64,000 nucleotides of DNA from Terriglobia bacterium (lineage in GTDB: Bacteria > Acidobacteriota > Terriglobia > JAIQFV01). Of the stretch, positions 32,043 to 41,230 are shown piece by piece. The position numbers were made by a program, and so were the translations under genes. The stretch spans positions 1,237 to 65,236 of the forward strand of contig JAQUPQ010000015.1 of assembly GCA_028716525.1 (NCBI GenBank), read 5' to 3'. Under the pieces are notes generated by a model, which was not told the DNA's origin, made no database searches, and saw nothing but the letters and a program-made list of their open reading frames with translations. How positions within the stretch are numbered: position 1 is the first letter of the stretch; every line of letters starts with the position of its first letter.

Positions 32043-33599
32043 ATGAAAAGACAGGTTTTTCGCATTGCATGCCTTGGCATTTGTTGGTTTATTCTTATGA
32101 GTCTTGTGCTCCATGCCCAGACTCCTTGTGTTGTCAATGGATTCAACAATGCTCGTGTCGATGGGGGATACAGCATCATTGATGGGAGTGTTTATACTAA
32201 CCTCCGCAGCAAGCTTTCAAATCCGACCTTTTTCAGTTTTGCGTCAGGAGCCGCTCCCTTTCCCATCCAGTTGCAATCGGGCTTATCGACGGTGGGTTCC
32301 TCCTCGCTCCAGCCGGGAAATCCGACTGTGTTTGTAACCGGCTGGACCGCCACGTCAAGCTATACCCCGACCGAGAAAACGAATATTCTTAATGCGGTGA
32401 TGAACGGGGTCAGCATTATTGTCCAAGCAGACGATATCAACCACAGCATTGTTGATCTCTTTGGCCTGACCCAAGTGAATAGCGGCACGGGGGGAGGAAG
32501 CACCAATCAAGAGATCGCGGATTACGATAACCCCGTCATGAATGGCCCCTTCGGCCGAGTGGGTCTGTTGATACCGGCCGGGTTTGTGGGTCAGTTCTCG
32601 GGTGTTCCCGGGAATGCCACCCTTCTGGCGCGTAATATCGGTGGATCAACTGGCGGAAACACGGCAGCCGTAGTCATATTTCGAGAGAACGCCCTCGGGC
32701 CAACCTCTGGACGTGTGGTGATTTTGAACGACTCGGATTATGCCGGTAATTCTGAGGCTACCAGCCCCAACGGCAACGACGCGACCGTCATGTTCCTCAA
32801 TGCCTTGGCCTTTGCCTGCTTCATTCCCGATGCCCCTGGCGGTGCCAATTACAATACCTACTACTTCCCGCAAATCGCATTCAACGGCGGTTTCAGCACT
32901 GTCGAACAGTCTTCCAACGGCACTACTGGAAACACGATCGCCAATATTCAGTTCACCAATTTTGATGACAACGGAAGCTCCATTGGGTCATGCTCGTTTT
33001 CCACTGAACCGGGCAGTGGGACCAACAGCTGTGTTACCAACGGGACTTTATCCTCCCCGATTAAGACCGGCTGGGCGTGGATTCGCTCCGACGACCTGCA
33101 TGCGTTTTTTGCCCAGGAGAAGTTCATTCAGTCGGACGGATCCGGAAATCCCATTACTGCAGTGGGTGTTCCGCCGGCACAACTAGGACGGGCGTTCACA
33201 CTGGTCGGATTCTTGGGCCCCTTGGACGACATTGGAATTGCCTTTCTGGCCCTTCCTACAGATCCCGCAACCGCTCACATCCAGGTGATGGCATTCAACT
33301 CTGGTGGAAGCCAGGTGGGGAGCACCGGTAGCATCAATTTGCCACCGGGTACGCACACGGCCGCATTCATTGATGGAATCGTGAGTGTCAATCGGAACAC
33401 CCTCACCCCCACAAATCTGTCGGTGGTCATCACGAGCGACCAACAACTGGCCATCACCGGTTTGGCTTCCAATGATCCGGGCTTCAAACTGAGTGGAATC
33501 CCCACGTTGCCGGGCCGGCTAATTACGCTGTTTGCCGTAACTAAAAATGCAACGGGAAGAGCTTCCAGGTCAGTAGAGTCTGGCCGGTCGAGCCATTAG
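32043..33599 (+). CDS. Secreted hypothetical protein, paralog B of the tandem pair (unknown function)
   Basis: Signal peptide (MKRQVFRIACLGICWFILMSLVLHAQT). Collinear similarity to 30016..31461, plus an extra about 40-aa C-terminal tail. Confidence 0.7.
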   Translation: MKRQVFRIACLGICWFILMSLVLHAQTPCVVNGFNNARVDGGYSIIDGSVYTNLRSKLSNPTFFSFASGAAPFPIQLQSGLSTVGSSSLQPGNPTVFVTGWTATSSYTPTEKTNILNAVMNGVSIIVQADDINHSIVDLFGLTQVNSGTGGGSTNQEIADYDNPVMNGPFGRVGLLIPAGFVGQFSGVPGNATLLARNIGGSTGGNTAAVVIFRENALGPTSGRVVILNDSDYAGNSEATSPNGNDATVMFLNALAFACFIPDAPGGANYNTYYFPQIAFNGGFSTVEQSSNGTTGNTIANIQFTNFDDNGSSIGSCSFSTEPGSGTNSCVTNGTLSSPIKTGWAWIRSDDLHAFFAQEKFIQSDGSGNPITAVGVPPAQLGRAFTLVGFLGPLDDIGIAFLALPTDPATAHIQVMAFNSGGSQVGSTGSINLPPGTHTAAFIDGIVSVNRNTLTPTNLSVVITSDQQLAITGLASNDPGFKLSGIPTLPGRLITLFAVTKNATGRASRSVESGRSSH

Positions 33600-33605
33600 A
33601 AAACC

Positions 33606-33699
33606 AGGGACAGACACCGGCGGCTCAACACATTGGAAAGAGTAAAGCCTGAGGTGTCTGTCCCTATCTTCGGGATGCTTCAAGAAAGGAAGCATCCCG
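33606..33699 (+). terminator. Two consecutive strong hairpins downstream of paralog B (terminator-like, no T-run)
   Basis: 13-bp perfect stem AGGGACAGACACC...GGTGTCTGTCCCT with a 34-nt loop, immediately followed by an 11-bp stem CGGGATGCTTC/GAAGCATCCCG. Confidence 0.45.
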
Positions 33700-33812
33700 G
33701 CTACCAGATTACTTTGCCCATTCCCCCAAGATTCAGTAGAATGCCCACTTTACAAATCGACGGTTGACACCGCCGGCGCGGCGCCACCGAACGGAGCACT
33801 CTCTCAAAACTC

Positions 33813-34622
33813 ATGCGGGCGGATTTGCATATTCATACCTACCACTCCGACGGATCATTTCCGACGGAAACCCTGATTGATCTGGCCGAAAAAAACCGGC
33901 TCGATTATCTGGCCATCACCGACCATGACTGCTTCGCTTCCTTCGAAACCGCCACTCGCTTAATCGGCGAGCGGGGATTGGGCCTGAAGCTGATTCCCGC
34001 AGCCGAATTTACGGCCATGCTGAACGGCGAAGAAATCCACATTCACGGCTACTTCAAAGAGGCGCCGTCGCCGCGGTTGCTGCAATATGCCCAAATGGTG
34101 CAGGCGGAGCGCCGGGCTCGCATCGAACGCGCCCTTGAGATCCTCGGAACCATCGGCGTGAAAGCCACCATGGATGAAATTCCGGCGCATCCGGATTGCC
34201 TCAGCCTGACGCAGTTGCATCTGGCCTTTTTGCTGATCAGCAAGAATTACGCCCGTTCGATGGGGGAAGCGCGCCGTGTATACCTGAACGAGCGTGTGCT
34301 TCCGAAGTTTACAATGCGGGCCGAAGATGTCATCCAAACCATTTCGAGCGAGGGCGGCTTGGCCGTGTGGGCCCATCCGGATGAAGAAAATTTCGACAAC
34401 CGATTGAAGACTCTGATGGGATTCGGTTTGGCCGGCCTGGAAGTCTTCAACCTGCGACGCCAGGAGAAAGCTTCCAAACAATTTCTGAAAGCTTCAAAGA
34501 AAAACGGGCTGGTGGCCTCTCTGGGCAGCGATTGGCACGGCCACAGTCATACCTATCATTATGATCACCAGCTGGACGGCACAAAAATTTTGCCGGAGTT
34601 TCTGGGGAAACTGTATCATTAA
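33813..34622 (+). CDS. PHP-domain metal-dependent phosphoesterase
   Basis: MRADLHIHTYHSDGS...LAITDHD motif set of the PHP (polymerase/histidinol phosphatase) family. Confidence 0.8.
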   Translation: MRADLHIHTYHSDGSFPTETLIDLAEKNRLDYLAITDHDCFASFETATRLIGERGLGLKLIPAAEFTAMLNGEEIHIHGYFKEAPSPRLLQYAQMVQAERRARIERALEILGTIGVKATMDEIPAHPDCLSLTQLHLAFLLISKNYARSMGEARRVYLNERVLPKFTMRAEDVIQTISSEGGLAVWAHPDEENFDNRLKTLMGFGLAGLEVFNLRRQEKASKQFLKASKKNGLVASLGSDWHGHSHTYHYDHQLDGTKILPEFLGKLYH

Positions 34623-34692
34623 AACCGTTGGTTGTTTCCGGGGATGAATTGAATTCCGTCTAACCCGACCTTTTTCAAACCCACTGAGAAAT

Positions 34693-35628
34693 TTGATGAA
34701 AGACGAATTGGAAGAAATCCGAAAAGCCATTCTTGCCGGAGAAGCTGAGGGGAATGTTCGCCGCACGCCTACCGGCTCCACTCCCCTGCCTTCCAAAGAA
34801 ATTCTCGGCGTCATCCTGGAGGCGCTCGAGGCCCTGATTTATCCCGGCTACTTTGGAGAATATTCCACTCATCCGGGTGATAGAAGCGAACGCGCGGGCC
34901 GTCTCGTCGAGGCGATTTTTGAAAAACTGCACGAGCAGGTGTACTTAAGCTTCCGGCATTTTTGCGAGAGCCCGAGCTCACCGTGCCCTCACTGCCAGGA
35001 AGCGGCGAAAACCAACACGCTGGATTTTTTGAGGAAGATTCCGGCGCTGCGGGGAATGTTGCGCGCGGATGTTGAAGCCGCCTTGGATGGCGACCCGGCC
35101 GCCAAGAGCACCGACGAAATCATTTTCAGCTACCCCGGCATGTACGCCGTCACCGTCTACCGGCTGGCGCATGAGCTGGAGCTTCAGCGGGTGCCCATCA
35201 TTCCGCGTATTCTGACCGAAATCGCCCACTCCCGAACCGGAATCGACATCCACCCCGGCGCCCGCATCGGACGACGCTTCTTCATCGATCACGGCACGGG
35301 CGTGGTCATCGGCGAAACGACGATCATCGGCGATCGCGTCCGCCTCTACCAGGGCGTGACACTCGGCGCGGTTAATTTTCCCAGAGATACCCAGGGACGC
35401 CTCATCCGCGGTACCAAACGACATCCCACGGTAGAAGACGATTGCATCATCTACGCTAATGCCACCGTCCTGGGTGGTGAAACCGTGGTGGGGCACGGCT
35501 CCATCATCGGATCCAACGTTCGCTTGATGGAAAGCGTTCCACCCGGTTCGAAGGTCATGGCCGAGCCGGCCCGCCATACCATCACCACGCGACGGACTAC
35601 GCCGAATGCACCTTCCAAGAAACGCTGA
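34693..35628 (+). CDS. cysE: Serine O-acetyltransferase (long form with N-terminal helical extension)
   Basis: Left-handed beta-helix hexapeptide repeats: IDIHPGARIGRRFFIDHGTGVVIGETTIIGDRVRLYQGVTLG. Confidence 0.8.
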   Translation: MMKDELEEIRKAILAGEAEGNVRRTPTGSTPLPSKEILGVILEALEALIYPGYFGEYSTHPGDRSERAGRLVEAIFEKLHEQVYLSFRHFCESPSSPCPHCQEAAKTNTLDFLRKIPALRGMLRADVEAALDGDPAAKSTDEIIFSYPGMYAVTVYRLAHELELQRVPIIPRILTEIAHSRTGIDIHPGARIGRRFFIDHGTGVVIGETTIIGDRVRLYQGVTLGAVNFPRDTQGRLIRGTKRHPTVEDDCIIYANATVLGGETVVGHGSIIGSNVRLMESVPPGSKVMAEPARHTITTRRTTPNAPSKKR

Positions 35629-35671
35629 GTATCATAGGTGCCGGGTGTCGGGTGTCAGGGGTATGAGAAGA

Positions 35672-35934
35672 GCAGTCAGCCGTCAGCTTTCAGCCGTCAG
35701 CTTTCAGCTACAAGCCATAAGCCTAAAGCAAACAGGAATTAGCCGGAAGCCCCAAGCTTTAAGCCCTAAGCGTTCAATGCGGATCCGAAAACAAGAATAT
35801 CTTTTGGACGAGACTTCATCGATAAGCCATTCTTCTCGACCGATGACAGGTTTTTGAATATTGAGTTTCTTGTTTGCTTACAGCTTAAGGCTTGTAGCTG
35901 AAAGCTGACGGCTGAAAGCTGACAGCTGACGGCT
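35672..35934. repeat. Heptad-periodic repeat array forming an about 40-bp imperfect inverted repeat around a 170-bp spacer
   Basis: 35674-35771 consists of 14 consecutive heptamers NNN(C/A)AGC (cgtcagc tttcagc cgtcagc tttcagc tacaagc cataagc ...). 35889-35934 carries the reverse-complement heptamers (gctgaaa gctgacg gctgaaa gctgaca gctgacg). Left arm 35681-35716 is the exact reverse complement of 35889-35924. Confidence 0.8.
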
Positions 35935-36298
35935 GATACGGATGTTCCGCAGAATCGAGATCGGTGAACGCCGTCAGCGCGCCCAAAGCTTCATTGAAAA
36001 GTACCGGCAGGCCCACAGCGTCTTTAAAATCTTGATAGAAATCATTGATGTGTTCCAGCATGTCGGCAAGTGCAGGAATTTCCACGGAGTCGTCGCTTAA
36101 AAATTTCTGGAACCCACGGTCCAAGAGTCGGAAGATTTTCCCTTTCCGCACCAATCCCGCAGACCTGAAAATCTCAACACGCCCGGCGTTGGCCCGGAAA
36201 AGAATGGCGCAGCCTTGGCGTTCGGCTCTGTACCAGCCCGCCGGGTCTGGCGACGATATCTCAAAGCCAAAAGCTTTAAGGTTTTGAATCGGATCCAT
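35885..36298 (-). CDS. Hypothetical protein (C-terminal about 15 aa encoded by the heptad repeat arm)
   Basis: 137-aa ORF with no recognised motif. Its last codons (…SAVSFQPSAFSYKP) are a translation of the inverted-repeat arm, so the true stop or length is uncertain. Confidence 0.35.
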   Translation of the reverse strand: MDPIQNLKAFGFEISSPDPAGWYRAERQGCAILFRANAGRVEIFRSAGLVRKGKIFRLLDRGFQKFLSDDSVEIPALADMLEHINDFYQDFKDAVGLPVLFNEALGALTAFTDLDSAEHPYQPSAVSFQPSAFSYKP

Positions 36299-36755
36299 AG
36301 TCGGTCGATCCTGTCTTGAAGACGCCTCTTCCAGCCGCCGTCAAGTTCTCGCATGCAATATAAGTTTTCAAGATACCACAAGAGAACAACCAACGCCACC
36401 CTCGGCGATCCTGATTGCACTGAGCCTGAAAATTTTGAATCGGAACCACCATGTCTTCCTTATACATCTAACTCTCTCCACAAAGACCTGTGAATTCAGA
36501 CCGTTTTTATGCGACAATTACACCGGAGGCTTGAAGGCGGTTCGCAGCAAAGGATCGCTGAATTGGATTCTTTTTGGGGGGCTTGACCGCAGGAAAAGTT
36601 TCGGCTTCTTTTTTGCCATCATAAATGGTATTTAGCTTCGTCTTTTTGTCTTATTCGCACTTCAACGCCCTTCCTGCCCTCAGTGCCCCAAGCCATCCCG
36701 GAATGAACGGCGAACGCATCCGCCAGCACCCCTCCGCTCCTCATTTGAGGACATC

Positions 36756-38390
36756 ATGCCCAAGCGGTTGGTTCAGAAGCTCATCCTCGCCTTAACCATC
36801 CTGGTGGTGGTTGTGGAAGGCGTGGCGGGTCTGATCAATATGCGCACCCAGGAGCGGCAACTGCTGAACGCCATGATTCTGGGCGCCGATCAGCTCTCCA
36901 AGGGCATCGCCAGCGCCACTTGGCACGCCATGTTGGCGGACCGTCGCGAAGCCGCCTACGAAGTGATGCAGACCATCGCCTTGAAGCAGGGCATCAGCCG
37001 CATCCGAATGTTCAATCACGAAGGTCGCGTCATGTTCTCGACCGCCCCGACCGAACAGGGCCAGGTGGACAAGACCACGGAAGTGTGCTCGGCCTGCCAT
37101 ATTCCGGGGCAGCCCAAGCTGCATGTCGATATTCCCTCCCGGTCGCGCATTCTGGTCGATCCCAGCGGACGGCGCCGGCTGGCCATGTTCACACCCATTT
37201 ACAACGAACCTTCCTGCAGTCAGGCAGTGTGTCATGCCCATCCGGAGTCGAGGCGCGTTTTAGGCGTGTTGGATGTGGCCTTGAACCTCGACACCGTGGA
37301 CCGCGAAGTGGCCGGTATCAAGTGGCGCGTATTGCTGGTCACCGGTGTTCAGATTCTCCTGATGGGATCGTTCATTGTGTTGTTCGCGCGGCGATTTGTC
37401 GAAGCCCCCATCCGCAAATTAATTGAGGGCACACGCGCGGTGAGCGACATGAAGCTGGACCAGCCCATCACCATCGATTCCAGTGAAGAACTGGGCGAGC
37501 TGGCCCGTTCCTTCAACGTAATGCGGGATCGGTTGCGACAGGCCATCGAGGAAATCAATCAATTCACACAAAGCCTCGAAACCAAAGTCGAGGAACGCAC
37601 CGAACAACTGAAAACGGCCCATGAACGCTTGATGAAAAGTGATCGGCTGGCGTCGCTCGGACAGCTGGCCGCCAGCGTCGCCCACGAAATCAACAACCCC
37701 ATCTCGGGAGTCTTGAATCTGGCGATGCTGATGCAGCGGATCCTCAAAGACGACGGTGTCCCACCCGACCGGCTCAACGATTTTCGCAAGTATCTCTCGC
37801 AGGTCATCACCGAAACTTCCCGGGTCGGACGAATCGTGTCGGACCTGCTGGCGTTCTCCCGCCGTTCCAAACCTCAACACACGAACGCCGATCTAAACAA
37901 GATCGTAAAGACCACATTATCGCTGGTGGATCACAAACTGAAGCTGAACAATGTGGCGGTCTCAGCCCATTTCGAGGAGCAGTTGCCCCCGGTGTCCTGT
38001 GACGCTTCGCAAATCCAGCAGGTCGTCATGAACCTTATCTTGAATGGCGCCGAGGCTACCCAGCCCCGCGGCTCGGGCCGAATCGCGGTGACCACGCAGT
38101 CCGATCCCAAGAACCACGTGGTGGCCCTCACCGTCAGCGATAATGGCGAGGGAATTCGCCCGGAGCATCTTTCGAAGGTCTTCGACCCATTTTTCACCAC
38201 CAAGGAGGAAGGCAAAGGAGTCGGCCTGGGTTTGGCCGTGGTTTATGGAATCGTGGAATCCCATGGCGGCGACATCGAAGTGAAGAGCACCTTGGGAGAA
38301 GGGACCTCGTTTCGTGTCACTCTGCCGCTGAGCCCGGCAGAAAAAGCGCCGGTGGCGCCGGCGGAGGCGGGAGCCGCCTCGAGGCGGTGA
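36756..38390 (+). CDS. Sensor histidine kinase with periplasmic domain carrying CxxCH / Cx4CH putative heme-c binding motifs
   Basis: TM1 (aa 8-28), about 160-aa periplasmic loop containing CSACH (aa 111-115) and CSQAVCH (aa 154-160), TM2, HAMP-like linker, H-box [13 protein letters not shown], HATPase_c N/G1/G2 boxes ([26 protein letters not shown]). Confidence 0.85.
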   Translation: MPKRLVQKLILALTILVVVVEGVAGLINMRTQERQLLNAMILGADQLSKGIASATWHAMLADRREAAYEVMQTIALKQGISRIRMFNHEGRVMFSTAPTEQGQVDKTTEVCSACHIPGQPKLHVDIPSRSRILVDPSGRRRLAMFTPIYNEPSCSQAVCHAHPESRRVLGVLDVALNLDTVDREVAGIKWRVLLVTGVQILLMGSFIVLFARRFVEAPIRKLIEGTRAVSDMKLDQPITIDSSEELGELARSFNVMRDRLRQAIEEINQFTQSLETKVEERTEQLKTAHERLMKSDRLASLGQLAASVAHEINNPISGVLNLAMLMQRILKDDGVPPDRLNDFRKYLSQVITETSRVGRIVSDLLAFSRRSKPQHTNADLNKIVKTTLSLVDHKLKLNNVAVSAHFEEQLPPVSCDASQIQQVVMNLILNGAEATQPRGSGRIAVTTQSDPKNHVVALTVSDNGEGIRPEHLSKVFDPFFTTKEEGKGVGLGLAVVYGIVESHGGDIEVKSTLGEGTSFRVTLPLSPAEKAPVAPAEAGAASRR

Positions 38391-38978
38391 GTGAGCGTGA
38401 ACCGGATTTATCTGGCGTCGATGGGACACTTGGACGCAGACATTCTTGAAGATCTGGAAGAAGCCTTGACGATGCACTTTGGCTTTGAAACACGCCGACA
38501 CCCTCCGATCGCCGAACCGGAGCATGCCTATGATCCGCAACGACGCCAGTTTAGCGCCGTGGCTTTTCTGCAGCAGGCCGTGGAACATTGTCCCCCCGAG
38601 GCAGTCAAGATGTTGACGATCACAGAACGGGATTTGTTCATCCCGATGCTGAGTTTTGTTTATGGACAAGCTCAACTCGGCGGGAAAGTCGCGGTCGTAT
38701 CACTGGCCCAATTGCGGCAGGAATTTTACGGCTTTCCCTCGGACGGCGATCTCTTGCGTGAACGCGCCTTGAAAGAAATGTCGCATGAGATGGGCCACAC
38801 CTTCGGATTGATTCATTGTCCGGAACGGCTTTGTATCATGTCGTTGTCAACCAATATCCGGCACATTGATTTAAAGGGAAGCGAATTTTGCGGCGGTTGC
38901 CGCGCCGTGCTGCGGGAAAACACTGCGGTCACTCGAGCCGGCGGTTCTGAAGTTTTAGCGTGGGAGGAACGATTATGA
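38391..38978 (+). CDS. Archaemetzincin-family zinc metallopeptidase (peptidase M54-like)
   Basis: Complete archaemetzincin signature HExxHxxGx3Cx4CxMx16CxxC: SHEMGHTFGLIHCPERLCIMS...SEFCGGC. Start/stop fused with the flanking kinase and regulator genes. Confidence 0.8.
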   Translation: MSVNRIYLASMGHLDADILEDLEEALTMHFGFETRRHPPIAEPEHAYDPQRRQFSAVAFLQQAVEHCPPEAVKMLTITERDLFIPMLSFVYGQAQLGGKVAVVSLAQLRQEFYGFPSDGDLLRERALKEMSHEMGHTFGLIHCPERLCIMSLSTNIRHIDLKGSEFCGGCRAVLRENTAVTRAGGSEVLAWEERL

Positions 38979-40351
38979 AATCAGCATGGGAAATCCTGGT
39001 GGTGGACGATGAGGAGATTATGCGGGAATCTTTGGCCGCCTGGTTGCGCGAAGACGGCTACGAAGTCGAGACCGCGTGTTCCGGCCGCGAAGCGCTCGAC
39101 AAGGCCCGCGCCAAGGAATACGCCATCTATTTTGTCGATTTAAAAATGCCGGGCGGCATGGATGGCATTGAAACCATGATGGAAATCCGCCGGCTGCACG
39201 CCGAGGCCTCCATCATTATTATTACGGCCTTTGCCACCGTCGACACCGCCATCACCGCCATGAAGGAAGGCGCCCAGGAATATATCGTCAAGCCGTGCAA
39301 TCCGGCGGAAATCTCGATGCTGGTCAACCGCATCATCAAGGTGAAAAACCTGCAGCGCGAGAATGCCATTTTGCGCAAGAAATTGTCGCGCCAATACAGT
39401 TTTCACGACATCATCAGCAAAAACCCGAAGATGCTGGAAATCTTCGACCTCATCAAGGAAATTGCCAGTTTGCGCAGCACGGTGCTGATTCATGGAGGCA
39501 GCGGAACCGGCAAGGAGCTCATCGCCCGCGCCATTCACAATTCAGGAAATCGCGCCGACAAGCCGTTCATTGGCGTTTCCTGCGCTGCTCTGGCCGAGAC
39601 CTTGCTGGAATCGGAGCTCTTTGGTCACGAGAAGGGATCGTTCACAGGCGCGGATCAACGCAAGAAGGGGAAGTTTGAACTGGCGGATGGCGGCACGATC
39701 TTCCTGGACGAAATCGGCGACATCTCGCCTAAATTGCAGTTGGACCTGCTGCGGGTGCTGCAGGAACGCTCCTTTTATCGGGTGGGCGGGTCTGAAGAAG
39801 TCCAGGTCGATGTGCGGGTCATCGCGGCTTCCCATGTGGATTTGCGGCAGGCCGTCCAGGAGGGAAAATTCCGCGACGACCTCTATTATCGCCTGAATGT
39901 CATCACTATTTATATCCCGCCTCTCAGCGAACGCCGTGAAGACATTCCGCTGTTGGCGCGTCACTTCATCGAACGCCTCTCCCACGAACTGGCTAAAGAG
40001 GTCGTGGATCTTTCGGAAAATGCTTTGAAATTATTGCTGGAATACGACTGGCCCGGAAACGTTCGGGAGCTTGAAAACGCCATCGAGCGCGCCATCGTCA
40101 CCTGTCGCAGCAAAATTCTCACGGAAGAGGATTTCAATTTTCTGCAGCGCAGCATCGAAGACAAGAAAGGCTGGACCGTCCCAACCCACCTTTCCCTTGA
40201 CGAGCTGGAACGCCAGGTCATTACCGCCACGCTTCAACGCACCCAAGGCAACATCAAAGAAGCGGCGGCGGTGCTCGACATTGACCGCTCCACCTTGTAC
40301 GAGCGCATCAAGAGATACGGAATCCAACGCGAACGGCTGGTCGAAAAATAA
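38975..40351 (+). CDS. Sigma-54-dependent Fis-family response regulator (NtrC class)
   Basis: REC domain (VVDDEE...D...K), AAA+ sigma54-activation domain with Walker A GGSGTGKE, the GAFTGA-equivalent motif (EKGSFTGA) and ESELFGHE, C-terminal Fis-type HTH. Confidence 0.9.
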   Translation: MKSAWEILVVDDEEIMRESLAAWLREDGYEVETACSGREALDKARAKEYAIYFVDLKMPGGMDGIETMMEIRRLHAEASIIIITAFATVDTAITAMKEGAQEYIVKPCNPAEISMLVNRIIKVKNLQRENAILRKKLSRQYSFHDIISKNPKMLEIFDLIKEIASLRSTVLIHGGSGTGKELIARAIHNSGNRADKPFIGVSCAALAETLLESELFGHEKGSFTGADQRKKGKFELADGGTIFLDEIGDISPKLQLDLLRVLQERSFYRVGGSEEVQVDVRVIAASHVDLRQAVQEGKFRDDLYYRLNVITIYIPPLSERREDIPLLARHFIERLSHELAKEVVDLSENALKLLLEYDWPGNVRELENAIERAIVTCRSKILTEEDFNFLQRSIEDKKGWTVPTHLSLDELERQVITATLQRTQGNIKEAAAVLDIDRSTLYERIKRYGIQRERLVEK

Positions 40352-40375
40352 TCTTTCGGGATTCGCTGTGCGCGG

Positions 40376-41218
40376 CTAGGGTCGAAGGAACAACGCATCA
40401 CACACCAGTTGCCAATCAGCTTTCGGGTGCGTTGCCCCCAAATCGCGCACCGGGACGCCGCCGTCGGCCAAACTGACGCCGACACCCTCCACCGCCAAGG
40501 CGCTTTGAAGCCGATCCAGCTCCCTCAAAAACCAGGGTCGAAGTTCGTTCCCATGCAACAAGGATCGAAGGTTGAAGCCGGCTTCCGGCTTCACTTTGAG
40601 GAACCAGCCTTGCTCCGGGCCGCCGGCGGCTACCACTTCGCCGGAAATCGGAGCAAGAACTCGAATGGCCACTCCGGATTTTTTCATGAACCAGCCGATC
40701 CCGTTTACCTTCAGCTTGGCGCCCACCGGAGGCAGGTCGAGGACCTCGGGATCGGGCATCATCCGGGCGCCCAAATCGTCCAAACCCACATGCACGGTTC
40801 CATCATTCTCAGGTTTCACCCAGGTGTGTCCGCGATGATAAAACCGGTCCAAAGGCACTTCCAACCCAAAAACATCTTCAGTCGCTTGAAAATTTTCTTC
40901 AACCCGAATATCGGAAGGAAGAGCCTTCGCCGTCAACCGTGCGTGCTCAGCGCAATCCCAGCATTCGAACTGGTTTTCACAGACACGCTGTTTGAACTCC
41001 CCCGTCCAAACGTGACGGCACGTGCGGTCCTGCGGCGATAATTCCTGGAAATCGGATTTCCAACGGATCGTTTCCTGCAGGTCGGAGCGAAAGGCTTTCA
41101 CGGCTCGCCACACCGCCAGGCCGACGGTCACGCCGATCACCATCAACACGGAATAAAAGACTCCCAGAAAAATCAAGAACCCAGGGCTCCAATGAAAACC
41201 ATAAATTCCGGGGAACAT
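40376..41218 (-). CDS. Membrane-anchored glycine-cleavage-H-like (lipoyl-carrier fold) domain protein with 4-Cys cluster
   Basis: N-terminal TM helix, Cx13Cx5Cx2C segment, then a GcvH-like domain: HTWVKPENDGTVHVGLDD...LPPVGAKLKVNGIGWFMKKSGVAIRVLAPISGEVV...GWFLKVKP aligns with GcvH HEW...DGT.TVGIT...LPEVG...ESVKA...APVSGEIV...GWIFKIK. Last gene of the redox operon. Confidence 0.6.
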   Translation of the reverse strand: MFPGIYGFHWSPGFLIFLGVFYSVLMVIGVTVGLAVWRAVKAFRSDLQETIRWKSDFQELSPQDRTCRHVWTGEFKQRVCENQFECWDCAEHARLTAKALPSDIRVEENFQATEDVFGLEVPLDRFYHRGHTWVKPENDGTVHVGLDDLGARMMPDPEVLDLPPVGAKLKVNGIGWFMKKSGVAIRVLAPISGEVVAAGGPEQGWFLKVKPEAGFNLRSLLHGNELRPWFLRELDRLQSALAVEGVGVSLADGGVPVRDLGATHPKADWQLVCDALFLRP

Positions 41219-41230
41219 GCTCTTCCTCCA

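Noticed and set aside
35674-35771. CRISPR array
   Set aside because: Repeat period is 7 nt with no spacers. It is a simple-sequence heptad array plus inverted copy, not repeat-spacer architecture. No cas genes anywhere in the window.
35606-35857. 83-aa plus-strand ORF across the heptad repeat
   Set aside because: Its sequence (QLSAVSFQLQAISLKQ...) is simply the 7-nt repeat read in frame. No start context. The same applies to the last about 15 codons of 35885..36298.
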